NCBI GenBank assembly: GCA_963514005.1
Contig: OY740783.1
Coordinates: forward strand, 56,048,001 to 56,112,000
Direction of reading: 5' to 3'
Source of the DNA: Raja brachyura
Taxonomy: Eukaryota
Length of the DNA stretch: 64,000 nt
Shown: positions 48,108 through 61,630 of the stretch, in pieces
How positions within the stretch are numbered: position 1 is the stretch's first letter
Layout: each line of letters begins with the position of its first letter
Program-made: the position numbers and the translations under genes
Notes under the pieces: model-generated
Told to the model about the DNA's origin: nothing
Database searches by the model: none
Seen by the model: only the letters and a program-made list of their open reading frames with translations

Positions 48108-51100
48108 GAAACATAGAAACATAGGAAATAGGTGCAGGAGTAGGCCATTCGGCCCTTCGAGCCTGCACCGCCATTCAATATGATAATGGCTGATCATCCA
48201 ACCCTGATCCCTCTAGCCACAAGGGCCACATCTAACTCCCTCTTAAATATAGCCAATGAACTGGCCTCAACTACCTTCTGTGGCAGAGAATTCCACACTC
48301 ACCACTCTCTATGTGGAAAAAAGATCTTCTCATCTCAGTCATAAAAGACTTCCCCCTTATCCTTCAACTGTGACCCCTTGTTCTGGAGTTCACCAACATC
48401 GGGAACAATCTTCCTGCATCTAGCCTGTCCAACCCCTTAAGAATTTTGTAAGCCTCTATAAGATCCCCCCTCAATCTCCTAAATTCCAGCGAGTACAATC
48501 TGAGTCTATCCAGTCTTTCTTCATATGGAAGTCCTGCCATCCCAGGAATCAGTCTGGTGAACCTTCGCTGTACTCCCTCTATGGCAAGAACGTCTTTCCT
48601 CAGATTTGGAGACCAAAACTGTACGCAATACTCCAGGTGTGGCCTCACCAAGACCCTGTACAACTGCAGTAGAATCTCCCTGCCCTTGTACTCAAATCCT
48701 TTTGCTATGAATGCCAACATACCATTCGCTTTCTTCACAGCCTGCTGCACCTGCACGCCTACTTTCAATGACTGGTGTACCATGACACCCAGGTCTCGTT
48801 GCATCTCCCCTTTTCCTAATCTGCCACCATTCAGATAATAATCTACCCTCCTGTATTTGCCGCCAAAGTGGATAACCTCACATTTATCCACATTATACTG
48901 CATCTGCCATGCATTTGTCCACTCACCCAACCTATCCAAGTCACCTTGCAGCCTCCTAGCATCCTCCACACAGCTAACACTGCTCCCCAGCTTCGTGTCA
49001 TCCGCAAACTTGGAGATGTTGCATTCAATTCCCTCATCCAGATCATTAATATATATTGTAAATAGCTGGGGTCCCAGCACTGAGCTTTGCGGTACCACAC
49101 TAGTCACTGCCTGCCATTCTGAAAAGGACCCGTTTACTCCTACTCTTTGCTTCTTTTATGCCGGCCAGTTCTCTATCCACATCAATACTGAACCCCCAAT
49201 ACCGTGTCCTTTAAGTTTGTATGCTAATCTCTTATGTGGGACCTCGTCGAAAGCCTTCTGAAAGTCCAGATATAACATATCCACAGGTTCTCCCTTATCC
49301 ACTCTACTGGTTACATCCTCAAAAAATTCTATAAGATTCGTCAGACATGATTTACCTTTCATAAATCCATGCTGACTTTGTCCAATGATTTCACCGCTTT
49401 CCAAATGTGCTGCTATCCCATCTTTAATAACTGACTCTAGCATTTTCCCCACAACCGATTGGTCTAATTCCCCGTTTTCTCTCTCCCTCCCTTTTTAAAA
49501 AGTGGGGTTACATTAGCTCCCTCCAATCCTCAGGAACAGAATCTAAAGAGTTTTGAAAAATTATCACTAATGCATCCACTATTTCTGGGGCTACTTCCTT
49601 AAGTACTCTGGGATGCAGCCTATCTGGCCCTGCGGATTTTTCAGCCTTTAATCCATTCAATTTACCTAACACTACTTCCCGGCTAACGTGGATTTCACTC
49701 AGTTCCTCCATCTCCTTTGACCCCCGGTCCCCTGCTATTTCCGGCAGATTATTTATGTCTTCCTTTGTGAAGACTAAAGTAGATATTCAATTGGTCTGCC
49801 GTGTCCTTGTTCCCCATGATCAATTCACCAGTTTATGACTGCAAGGGACCTACATTTGTTTTAACTAACCTTTTTCTCTTCACCTATAAAAACTTTTGCA
49901 GTCAGTTTTTATGTTCCGTGCCAGTTTTCTTTCATAATCTATTTTCCTTTTCCTAATTAAGCACTTTGTTCTCCTCTGCTGGACTGAATTTCTCCCAGTC
50001 CTCTGGTAGGCTGCTTTTTCTGGCTAGTTTGTATGCTTCATCTTTAGTTTTGATACTATCCCCGATTTCCCTTGTTATCCACAGATGAACTACCTTCCCT
50101 GATTTATTATTTTGCCAAACTGGGATGAACAATTGTTGTAGTTCATCCATGCAGTCTTTAAATGCCTTCCATTGCATATCCACCATCAACCCTTTAAGAA
50201 TCACTTGCCAGTCTATCTTGGCAAATTTGCGTCTCATACCCTCAAAGTTACCTTTGTTTAAGTTCTGAACCCTTGTTTCTGAATTAACAATGTCACACTC
50301 CATCCTAATGAAGAACTCAACCATATTATGGTCACTCTTGCCCAAGGGGCCGCGCACAACAAGACTGCTAACTAACCCTTCCTCATTACTCAGTACCCAG
50401 TCTGGAATAGCCTGCTCTCTCGTTGGTTCCTCTACATGTTGGTTCAGAAAACTATCCCGCATACATTCCAAGAAATCCTCTTCCTCAGCACCCCTGCCAA
50501 TTTGATTCACTCAATCTATATGTAGATTGAAGTCGCCCATTATAACTGTTTTACCCTTGTTGCACGCATTTATAATTTCCTGTTTGATGCCATCCCCAAC
50601 TCCACTACTACTGTTTGGTGGCCTGTACACAACTCCCACTAGAGTTTTCTGCCCCTTAGTGTTTCGCAGCTCTACCCATATCGATTCCACACCCTCCAAG
50701 CTAATGTCCTTCCTTTCTATTGCGTTAATCTCCTCTCTAACCAGCAACGCTACTCCACCTCCTTTTCCTTTCTCTCTATCCCTCCTGAATATTGACTATT
50801 CCTGGATGTTCAGCTCCCAGCATTGGTCACCCTGGAGCCATGTCTCCGTGATCCCAACTATAATCATATTCATTAATAACTATCTGCACATTCAACTCAT
50901 CCACCTTATTACGAATGCTCCTTGCATTGAGACACAAAGCCTTCAGGCTTGTTTTTTTACAAAACTCTTACCTCTTACACAATTATGTTGAAAAGTGGCC
51001 CTTCTTGATTTTTGCCCTGGATTTTTCAGCCTGCCACTTTTCACCTTGCTACCTATTTCTTCTACCCTCATTTTACATCCCTCTGTCTCTCTGCTCATGC

Positions 51101-51485
51101 TCCCATCCCCCTGCCACATTAATTTACATCCTCAAATCCTCCCTGACAGCACTAGCAAACAAGGTCATTGGTTCCCTTCAAGCCCAGGTGCAGACCGTCC
51201 TGTTTGTAGTGGTCCCACCTCGCCCAGAACTGGTTCCAATGCCCGAGAAATTTGAATCCCTCCCCTTTGCACCATTTTCCAAGCCACGTATTCATGTGCA
51301 ATATCCTCCTATTTCTACTCTGACTAGCACGTGGCACTGGTAGGAGTCCAGAGATTATTACCTTTGAGGTCCTACTTTTAAGTTTATCTCCTAGCTCCCT
51401 AAATTCGCCTTGTAGGACCTCATCCTGTTTTTTACCTATATCGTTGCTGCCAATGTGCACCACGACAGCTGGCTGTTCACCAGGA
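48108..51485 (-). mobile_element. CR1-clade LINE, ~3.4 kb, 5'-truncated in ORF1: partial SGNH esterase ORF1, APE endonuclease and RT (frameshifted), 3' tail
   Basis: ORF1 VVVHIGSND...DGLHL. ORF2 LCLNARSIRNK, GVVYRPP, MGDFN, LGKSDH, QHGFMKGKSCLTNL, YLDFQKAFD, VPQSSVLGP, KFADDTKL. Tail (TTTCTATG)n. Confidence 0.97.
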
Positions 51486-51789
51486 TCTCTCCAGGATAAA
51501 CTAGAGAGTACATGAAGAGAATATCCTAAAAATACGAGTAACTGTTCTACTTGATCCAAATACTGGCTCTGATTCCGACACTGACTTATTCCAAAATTTT
51601 CACTCCATGTTTAGCTGAGTCATATTATACAAATAATGTACAATTTTCAACATAATCGTTAAAAATCTAAAAGTCAATTTTCCACAGATTTTCTATTGCA
51701 ACTTGCTTTTAATGTGTTTGTACAAATTTACACTTATTATTATCTCTTTGGCTGTGTTGCTTTGACACATCAGTGGTGTTGTCAGTTTA

Positions 51790-52075
51790 GCGCAGCACAA
51801 TGGCGCTGCAATAAAGTTGCTGCTTTGCAGCACCAGCGACCCGGGTCTGATCCTGACTGTGTGCTGTCTGAGTGAAGTTTGTACATTCTCCCTGTGACAG
51901 AGTGGGTTGGCTCCCGATGCTCTAGTTTCTTCCCACATTCCAAAGATGTGCAGGTTTGTAGGCTAATTGGCTTCTGTAAATTGCTCCTAGTGTATAGGAC
52001 ATAGACCTAGTGTATGGGTGATCGACGGTCAGCGTGGACTCGGTGGGCCGAAGACTTGTTTCCACGCGATATCTT
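51790..52075 (+). mobile_element. tRNA-derived V-SINE (HE1-like), near full length
   Basis: tRNA-like head, V-domain, and CR1-like 3' end ggactcggtgggccgaag. Confidence 0.88.
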
Positions 52076-53671
52076 AAGTTTAGTCTGAAGCTGTGTTTGA
52101 ACTAGTTTCTATAATAAATCAGCTGAACATGTAAGGCAGCCAAAGATATTGTTTTTGGCAACCTTGCAATTGACTCCATTTACCTTCCTGACCATTCACA
52201 AACAAAACTCTGTGCAAGCTTGGTGCCAATTCAGACATTTGAATTAAGGTTCAAGGTTAATTTAGGCCCAAAATTTCACTTGTGTGACTACAGGCAACAA
52301 GCAGCTCACACATTCCCACTAAACTCAGTCGCCTGGAAAGGATTCCCTGGGCAATGAATCTACAAAGAACTGATCTGAGTAGATCGGTAAGGAACTGAGA
52401 AATGCAGATTCCTGCTACTCAACAATCTCATTGAAATGCTGCAACACCTGATTAAGCTGTGCTTCCATACGGTGCAGCTGTCAGATCGCGAACAATTGTG
52501 AATGTCTCGTGTACCAAATAATTAACTTGCAAAACAAAAATTTGCCGTAACTTGCAATCTCCCTTGCGGATGTTTCTCTCCGTTGAGATGAATGAAGTCA
52601 CTGAAGCGATGCTGGGTTTAACCAGGCTGTTTAGACAGGCAAACTCTGAGGAGTTCAGTGCTGGAGCACCATCTGGACATTTCTGTCAGTCTAGTATGTA
52701 GACATTCAGTCTTGCTCTAATATGCAAGCCTTCTTTTGTTTGCTTGTGCCAAATCTCTTCCAAGGTTTCATCTGTTCAGTATTTAGCGCTGAACATTGTT
52801 ATGAATTTTTTTTTGTCAGTTCATAAACGATGGGAGCAAATTAGGCCATTCTGCCCATCAAGTCTACTCTGCCATTCAATCATGGCTGATCTATCTCTCG
52901 CTCTCACCCCTATTCTCCTGCCTTCTCCCCATAACCCCTGACACCCGTACTAATGAAGAATTTGGTCTTCTCTTTAACGGTCACATGCAAGACCCCACCA
53001 TCATTGTGGGCAGGTGTATTCTTGGAGCTGCATCCCATTATCCATTAAATTGTGTACTGCAATTTATTATATCTAGATATGGTGGGGCTAGGGATTGTGA
53101 GATCACTGGACTGTCTTTTGAACGCTGTTTGGAGCATGTGTAGTCCGATATTGCAGCTTCACTAAGCTGACCCCTAATGCTCTGTGTTAGTCTCTACCTA
53201 GCACACCCTTCCAAACTCATTAAATCAGGGTTGATCCTCTGTCCTGATATTATTGTAAATTGTAATTGTAAAATGAAGGATATGCTGTTCTGAACTCAGA
53301 TTAAGGCAGTGTATAATGTTGCTGCCGCTGCAGATTTAACTGAAGTTTTTGTGTTTTAAACCTAATCTTAATATTCTCCTCCGATTTCAACAATCATATC
53401 TTCGCTTAACTTTTTTGGTCTTGTCTTCTGCCTCGTTTTGAGCTCCCCAATATGATTTAATTTGCATTACTCTAAGGTCGGTCAAAGGTTTCTTGGGAAA
53501 ACCTCGAGACGCACCTTTTTCAAACTTCCGCTGTACTCGTTGGATTCATTCCCACCAAATCTGAGAAAATGTTAGTGTCCTGGAATGATATGTGAAGTGT
53601 GTGCGGGACCATGGGAAAGCTACTTTATTCATGAATAAAACACAGTGCAGTTATAGGCCCTTTGGCCAACG

Positions 53672-54325
53672 AGTTAATCTGCTAGTTGAATCGGTAGTAA
53701 AGAAAGCAAACTTAATGCTAGCATTTATTTCAAGAGGGCTAGTATACAAAACCAGGGATGTAATGCTGAGGCTCTATAAGGTGCTGGTCATGCCGCATTT
53801 GGAATATTGTGAGTAATTTTGGCCACCATATCTGAGAAAGGATGTGCTAGCTCTGGAGAGGGGTCCAGAGGAGGTTTACAAGAATGATCCCAAGAATTAG
53901 TAGGTTAACCTATGATGAGTGTTTGTCAGCACTGGGCCTGTACTCGCTGGAGTTTAGAAGAATGAGGTGACCACATTGAAACATAGAGAATAGTGAAAGG
54001 CTTGGATAGGGTGGTTGTGGAGAGTCAGTGGGAGAGTCTAGGACTAGAGGTCAGTCTCAGAATTCTTTTAGGAAGGAGATGAGGTGAGATCTATTTCCAG
54101 AGGGTGGTGAATCTGTGGAATTCTTTGCCACAAAAGGCTGTGGAGGCCAAGTCGGTGGATATAGGCATAGATAGATAGATTTTTGATTAGTGCAGGTGTC
54201 AAGAGGTTATGGGGAGAAGGCAGGAGAATGGGGAAAGGAGGGAGAGATACATCAGCCATGTTTTAACGGCAGAGTAGACTTGATGGGTTGAATGGCCTAA
54301 TTTTACTCCTGTCACATGACCTTAT
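53672..54325 (+). mobile_element. CR1 3' fragment
   Basis: VKKANLMLAFISRGLVYKTRDVMLRLYKVLVMPHLEYC plus the 3' tail. Confidence 0.9.
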
Positions 54326-54354
54326 GATGCCTGCTGATCATGATGCCATTTTTA

Positions 54355-54615
54355 AGTAAGTTTATTGGCCAAGTATTCACATACAAGGAATTTGCCTTCG
54401 TGCTCCGCCAACAAGTAACAACGTGACATACAGTGACAGTTACGAATGACTCGGAAAACACTACACATTAATAATAATAAAACATTAATAATAAAACACC
54501 ATTGATCAAGCATGTGAACCAACAAAATACCAGATCAGAGGCTACAGATTTTTGTCGGTTGAGTAGAGCAACTACTCGTGGATAAAAACTGTTTTTATGT
54601 CTGGCTATGGCAGCT
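54355..54615 (-). mobile_element. Rex1-type 3' UTR fragment
   Basis: Highly similar to 13020-13270 (aagtttattggccaagtattcacatacaaggaatttgcc). Confidence 0.8.
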
Positions 54616-55061
54616 TAAACTAATCCCTTCTGCCTATACATACTCCATATCTCTCCAGTCTCTGCATATCGATGTGTCTGCCTAAAAGCCTCTTGAGCAT
54701 GTTTGTATCTGCTTCACCATCACCACTCCTGGCAGCAGGTTCCAGGCACAAACCACTTCTCTGTAAAAACAAAGTTAACCTGCGCATCTCCTTTAAACTT
54801 CCCCCCTGCTCATCTTCAATTTATCTCATCTGGTATGTGGCATTCCCACCCGAAAGAAAAGGTTCCAACTACCTACCCCCTCAATTTTATCAACTTGTCT
54901 CAATTTTAATTAGTTTCTTTCTCCATGGAGAAAAGCAGTCTCTTGTTCATATCTGGCATGTGGATTTTATGTATGATAAACTTGAAGCCTTTGGTACGGT
55001 AGACCGATAGACCTGAAGAAACCACATGGCCACATGCAAGTGTAGTTCAAAGGATTGCTAA

Positions 55062-55568
55062 AGCCACTGTCCCACTTTCACGACCTAATTGGAAACCTCT
55101 GCTGAGTTTCCCCTTCATTCGTAATCTCAGCATGGCCGCCACGAGGTTGTAGGAGGTCTCCGTAACTCTTCCTCATGCTCGTGAGTGGTCTCCGCGTACT
55201 CGTGGCCTCAAGTAGGTCGCGTCGTTTTTTCCAGCCTGATAAAAAATGTCCACGAGTTGAAAAAAATGTCCACGGGTTGAAATGGAAAAAATTGATACTT
55301 TTTACTCGTAGGTCGGTCACAGTAGTCCGTGATGGTAGTCATAGGTCAGTAACTGGCCCGCGAAAAAAAATTGCAAACACGACATTTTATCATGTGATCA
55401 TTTCCAATCGTAGCCAGTCGTAGTTGGTCTTGGATGTGGAAGACCGAGGTCGAGGATAGTCGTAGGAGGTCTTTTACTTTGGCGAGTCAACACGACCTTG
55501 ACATTTTTTTTAACTTGTCTAGGGTGTTTTAAACTCGTGGATTAGGTCGTCCAAGTGGGACAGGCCCT
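55062..55568. mobile_element. PIF/Harbinger-type MITE (~500 bp)
   Basis: TIRs CTGTCCCACTTtcACGACCTAAT and ATTAGGTCGTccAAGTGGGACAG, flanks taa and tga, CpG-rich interior. Confidence 0.8.
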
Positions 55569-55704
55569 TGAGCCACTATTGGGGAATCCAGCACTGAAAT
55601 TGACAACTTTGTCTGCATATTGCTTGAGGAACTGCCCGTCCTGACCCATTTTCTCATTATCATGTTCTTGGTAATGATAATGATGAAGGCAGCGCATACT
55701 TGTA

Positions 55705-55920
55705 GAAAGAAGAACTGCAGATGCTGGTTTATATAAAAGTGCTGTTTAAATACACAGTGCTGGAATAACTCTGGTCAGGCAACATCTCTGGAGAACATGG
55801 ATTGGTGATGTTTCGGTTTAGACCCTTCAATCTGAAGAAGGGTCCTGAGCCGAAGCAACACCTATCCATATTCTCCAGAAATGCTGACTTATCCGCTGAG
55901 TTACTCCAGCATGCTGTCCT
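55705..55920. repeat. Palindromic pair of Penelope terminal units
   Basis: Arms tctggagaacatggattggtg.tgtttcgg and ccgaagcaacacctatccatattctccaga, centred at cttcaa|tctgaag (about 55830). Confidence 0.85.
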
Positions 55921-57676
55921 TTGGCATATACTTGCTCCCACATGCCAGGCATGAAGATTTTAAATCAAGCAGGAGCCAAATATGACATATTTCTGTTAAT
56001 ATGCAGTTCTGTACAGTGGTATTATGCAGTACTAGTAAATATAGTGGTGCTAATTAGGTGTTGGTACTCCTGATCTGCTAATTTCATTTCTAAACTATTT
56101 CCAATCTGCAATCTTAATGAAGTTACTAGCAAACTCTTTACATTTAAACATAAACATATGTTCATGCATACATAAATTGAATGTTGTTCTCGGAAATATA
56201 CTCTTTATACTATTCTTAATGGGTTGCTTTATGTAGTGAGCAATGTTTGAAATTTTCAACCTCTGGTCCTTGCAATGTTATTTAGTATATATGGCTTAAT
56301 CCAGTGAAGCAATTAATTTTAACTAGGAGTACGATTGTGTATTTCTGGAGAATTGCTATTGTGCATTTGTTTTTGTATACATGATGTCAATAGGCTGTGG
56401 GATGAGAGTTTGTATATTTAATCCACCAGGTACATATGCCTTGTTCATCCATTGAGGTGATTGGAAGATCAGGAGGAGATAATTGCTTGTTCTGACGTCT
56501 GTGTTTTAGCCTTCCTAAAAATGTATAATTAATATTTCATGAGTATTTTGCAGGAGACAACTCAATGTTGTTCCATCTTGATTTTGGCTCCACAGGAGTT
56601 GCATCTACCTTAAAATCAGTGGTTCTGAAATCAAAGTTATTTATAAAGCATGCAATTGTGTTGAGTATTTCATGGCATTTTTAAGCTTGAGCCGGTTTGA
56701 ATTATTTCATTATAAATTTTAATAGAAAGTAATGTTTATAATTTGTGCTTGGTTGGATGAAAGATTTGTGCAATTAAAAATTTATTGCAATAATTTATTT
56801 ATAAGTTATTGCAAGAATTTCAGTAATAAGGAAGTAAACCTACTGATATTTGGTAGCTGAGTAAAACACTGCACTTAAACCTGACTTAGCCATGGTGCAC
56901 ACAAATATTATAATACGTGATTATTCTACTTATACCTATGAAAGTAGACAGTTGCATATTATAAATGCTTGCTTGCATCTCTGAGGTGAGTTTTTATAAA
57001 ATTCAACATATCACATTGCATTGATTTTTGACATTGCTAGTATTGTAAATGGATAAAAATGTTTCTGTGTAAAGAGTGGGGAAACCTAACAAAATGCATA
57101 AAACATCACGAATTAGAACAAAATCAAGAAGCTGGAGGCAGAATTCAGAGAATCCGGAGATGGATAGTGGCCGTCATTCTTTCTCCAGGATTGCTTCAGG
57201 TGCTGTGTGTAAACAATTTGCGTTGTCATAGGGAGCACCAAGGTATCTAATATTTCAGGAAATAGGCACAATAATTCAGAAATTGATGAAATGTAATTGG
57301 TGTAGCAGTTATGGATAGGCAAAAAAAACAGACAAGGTTCATCCAATCAACATTAGGTAAAGCTTTGCAACATTATTTTAAATTATTTACAAGGTGTATG
57401 GCTGATTTGCACTCATCCAATCCATTCTATGCATTTTGCACCTAATTGCCAGGGTCTGCAGATTTTCCCTTTCTCTTCCTGCAGCTCCGATCAGGGCTCC
57501 AGACAAACTGGCGCCACTACGCTGTGTGTCCCAGTTCTACAGAGAGCACTTTCAAATTGACCAATGGCCTAGCAACCCTGAAGCCTTTACTCAATTTTGG
57601 AGTCCTAGCCTCTCACATCTGGCCAGGATTAACAGTGGCAAATTGAATGAGACAGATGTTCAAAAATGGACTAGGT

Positions 57677-57916
57677 CAGGGGTTACCAACCTTTTTCATC
57701 CATTTGTTCATTTTCCCTGGCAACTTTAATAGCACATAACAATGTTGTTTCACTTATTTATGAACAACTGATGATGAACAGATATCGGTATACCAGAACC
57801 AAATGCAGGCAGTCAATGAGAAAAATTATGTGCAAATCCTGAATCAACAAATATACCCCTGGGTAGGTGAAATTCACCCTCCGGGGGATAAATTTACCCC
57901 AGTTTGGGAACTCTTG
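57677..57916. mobile_element. hAT (Charlie-like) MITE
   Basis: Ends CAGGGGTTACCAAC and GTTTGGGAACTCTTG are approximately complementary, with subterminal aaatttacccc-like repeats. No clear target-site duplication. Confidence 0.6.
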
Positions 57917-58109
57917 AACTGTAAACATTTGACGAAAAGGTTAAAGTGTGATATTGAATCAAGGCAAACGTATGGTGTAACACTGAAACAATGACATGGA
58001 ATTTTGGCTCCTGGCTATTTCCATGTAATTCAGTAGCATGCTACCCAGCCAAACTTTCCTTGATTTTAGTTTAGTCTATGATTAATTTCCTTATTTAACC
58101 AATATTTAT

Positions 58110-58390
58110 TTTAGAGATGGAGCATTGCACACCATGCCAAACAAAAGCTAATTAACCTGAAAACCTGCATGTCTTTGGAATGTGGGAGAAAACCCACGCG
58201 GTACAGGAAGAACATACAAACTGCGTACAGACAGCATCTGGTCCACTTTACTCCCATAACCCAAATATATACGGGTTTGTTGGTTATTTGGCCTAATCAA
58301 AATTGCCCTTTGATGTGTAGGGAGTGGATGAGAAAGTGGGATAACATAGAACTGAACGGCTGATCAACGGATAGCATGGATTTGGTGGCC
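58110..58390. mobile_element. Two V-SINE fragments in opposite orientation
   Basis: Minus piece ctttggaatgtgggagaaaaccc...catacaaactgcgtacagacagca, then plus piece ctcccataacccaaa...gggtttgt...tgatcaacgg. Confidence 0.7.
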
Positions 58391-58434
58391 CAAATCTTAC
58401 AAACACACACATGCTGAAAATGGCAGACAATAGT

Positions 58435-58855
58435 AGTGGAATAATAAGAGTCTTTTGAAGTTCAGCGCTTATTTGAGGTTGTGATGGTAAATAGCCTGGT
58501 GGCTGTAGGGAGGAAGCTGTTCCTACACCATTACAGTTTTCAGGCTCCTGCACATTCTTCCTGGTGGCAGGGGTGAAATGAGTGCGAGGCCAGGATAGTG
58601 TGGGTTTCAGATGATGTTGGCTGCCTGATTAAGCGACTCTGATAAATCCCTTCAATGGTGGGGAGGTCAGAGCCGGTGATGGACTGGGCAGTGTTCACAA
58701 CTTTTTGCTGTCTTTTCCGCTCCTGGGCGTTCAAGTTGCTGAAGCAGGCCATGATGCAACATGATAAACTCAATAAGCTTTCTACTGTACACCTGTAGAA
58801 GTTCAAGAGAATCCTCTCTGACATACCGAATCTCCGTAATCTTCTCAGGAACTAG
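58435..58855 (-). mobile_element. Rex1/Babar 3' fragment
   Basis: ILLNFYRCTVES...ACFSNL...QKVVNTAQSITG. Confidence 0.88.
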
Positions 58856-59856
58856 AATGTGCTTTATTTATAATTGCATCAGTGAAACAGTCCAGGAACC
58901 ACTGCAATGTCGACTGGATATTTCTACAGTGATTGGTAGTGTGTTGATAAGGTTTACCTCAATCCTCAATTTGCCTTTGCTGAGCAGAACATTTTTTCTG
59001 TAATTGGCTCTGGTCAAAATTTCATAACAAGCAACAACTAAATAATGCAAATTCTTTATTTTGTGACTTGTTGCTGCTGACAACTTCAGAAACAAAGAAA
59101 CACTTGTTCTGCTTGGGCAATAATCCTCACATATTCTCCTGGCAAAACCTTTCTTTTAATGAGGGCAGCTTGTGAAATAGAAATCCAAGTCTTTCCATAA
59201 CGACAACAAAAAATCCCAGAGTTTGTATTGTCCCTTTAAAGTAGGAATTGTCCCAGTGATGTGACTATTAAATTAGCATAGATCCAAATAGGCAGCTGCT
59301 AAGATAGGTAACCAAGAGCTTGACAAAAGATGCATTTTAAGTTACTTAAGTTATTTTCTCTATGCAGTCACTCTGCTTGTTTGGAATTCAGTCCTGATAA
59401 ACCACCTAATGGCCACGAATAAACAAGAGAAAATTTAGGCTATCATCTTTGTTTCCCAAAGTAAATTTAATCAAGCCAGCCTCCCATTCACTCTAATGCA
59501 TATTGGGCCCTAGTCGATCATGGCTGTGGATCTGTGCACCCTGAAATCCATTTGCTGCAGTGCTGACAGCTGACCCTTCTGTCACATAGTTGCTTCCCTG
59601 AAATTGCTTCCGGAAACATTGCTTTTTTTCTTTTTAAAATTGAAATCCCAACTTATTTTCTCCATCCATTCTAAAGTTCCTCCTTCGGCTTGCTTCTTTT
59701 TCCTTGGGACATTTGATTGAACAAGCTATTGCAATCTGTTGAATAAACCGGGGGGGGGGGGGGGTGGTAATTTTACGATGCAAAAAATGACCTTTTAATT
59801 GATTAACATGACATTTGAAAAAGTGTTTGTTTACTAATTATATAATTGTATAATGC

Positions 59857-60153
59857 TTAGTTTGGAGATCCAGTGTGGAAACAGGCCCTTCAGCCCACCG
59901 AGTCCGGACTATCCAGCGATCTCCACGCACCAACACTATCCTACACACACTAGGGACAATTTACAATTGCACCAAGCCAATTAACCTACAAACCTCTATT
60001 TATTTTGAATGTATGAGGAAATCCGAGATCCCGGAGATAATTGATGTAGGTCAGGTGGAGAACATACCATCTCCGTGCAGACAACGCCCATAGTCAGGAT
60101 CGAACCCAGGTCTCTGGCACTGTAAGGCAGCAACTCTACCACTGTGCTGCCCC
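59857..60153 (-). mobile_element. tRNA-derived V-SINE, near full length
   Basis: Reverse complement: gggcagcacagtggtagagttgctgccttacagtgccagagacctgggttcgatcctgac...gggctgaagggcctgtttcc. Confidence 0.9.
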
Positions 60154-60881
60154 TTCTCTTCCATGTTATGTCTCATTTTCGATCATACTTTCATTGCTGG
60201 TCGCATACTCAAGTAAAGTGTAAGAGTTTGCAGGGGAAATATAAGTTCAAGGAAATATTGTCTTTGAGCGCTTGTTTTAATAATTAATTTGACTCCAACA
60301 TTCTCCTGATGCTAACTGCAGGATGGACACGGTCTCTATCACATTTTGTATACTTTTGACTTAAATAATGAGTGGTTGAAGTCAAATTCAAATGGGTAAA
60401 GCAGTTTGATTTGTTCAGTAGATCAACCGATGCGTATATTGTGCATTTGACTTCCTTGCCATTCAACTGAAATGCTAACCTTTAGTGTAATCTTATTGTA
60501 AATGGCACCAAGATTTCATGTTCCTCTTATTGGGTACAGAATAAAATGGTTGAGAAAGCAGATAGGATCAGTTTTGTTTGGACTGCCTGTCTTGTGAATT
60601 GCAGACTAGCTCTAATCTATAGTTGCTCAGATAATTGAACATTCTTGTCAGACTTATTGCACCATGCCATTTGGATAGCCGTCTGTCTTGCTGTAAACAT
60701 TAATTATCTCAGATTAAAGTGTTTAATTTTGGTTCTTGATAGTCTATATGGTTAGCTGCAAAACATCGCGTAATGGCAATTGATGTGTAAAGATCCTTTT
60801 GAAGAGTGTGGGTGATGCCGCAGAGAAAAGTATACATTCAATAAGGGAACATAGTGAGATCAATGGGACTGCATTCATAAT

Positions 60882-60885
<4 letters not shown>

Positions 60886-60939
<54 letters not shown>
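60886..60939. repeat. (CT)n microsatellite
   Basis: Direct reading of the sequence. Confidence 0.97.
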
Positions 60940-60941
<2 letters not shown>

Positions 60942-61334
60942 CTGTCAGTAGCACCGCAGTGGGATGGAACCAAGTGCTTACCAATGGTCCCGCCTAACCA
61001 ATTTCTGCCAATTTTCGGATTATTTCTTGCTAATTATTTTCAAATTCATGGATGCATTTGAGCTTTTGATGTCCATTTGTCCATGCAAAAGCAAAAACCA
61101 TCTGGAGGACACCAGCAACGGAATATGTTGACGATGATTGTAATAATTTAAAAGCTGCAATTTTTTTGTTTGAGTCAATTTGTGCGGCCTCCATTTGTCA
61201 AAGCACAAAACCATGAAGTACAATGCAGGTGACTTGGAAAATGTAAGGCTTTGAACTATGACAACACTGGTGTAGGCTCTCAATTACAAAAGAGCGAAAG
61301 TTGTGTGTTTTCAGAGCCCTGTTTAATTAGCAAA

Positions 61335-61630
61335 AAAGTGCTGGAGTAACTCAGCAGGTCAGTTCGCAACTCAGGAGAATGTTTTGGGTAGGAAGCAGCC
61401 TTCGGAATGATTCTAGTAGGGGGCAGAAAGCTGGAAAAGAAGTGGGAGCAGGACAAAGCCTGGCAAGTGATGGGTAGATACTATTGAGAGTGGGGGGGGT
61501 TTGATGGGCAAGTGGATTGACAAAGGTCGAATGAAAAGGAGACAAAGACTAAGGAGAAAAGATATATGAATTGTGGGGCCAGAGGAAGAGATGTAGGGAA
61601 CAAGATTGCAGCATCCACAGTTCCATGTCT
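61335..61630 (-). mobile_element. Penelope-like 3' UTR and terminal unit
   Basis: aaagtgctggagtaactcagcaggtcag followed by a purine-rich UTR, mirroring 8950-9220. Confidence 0.7.
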
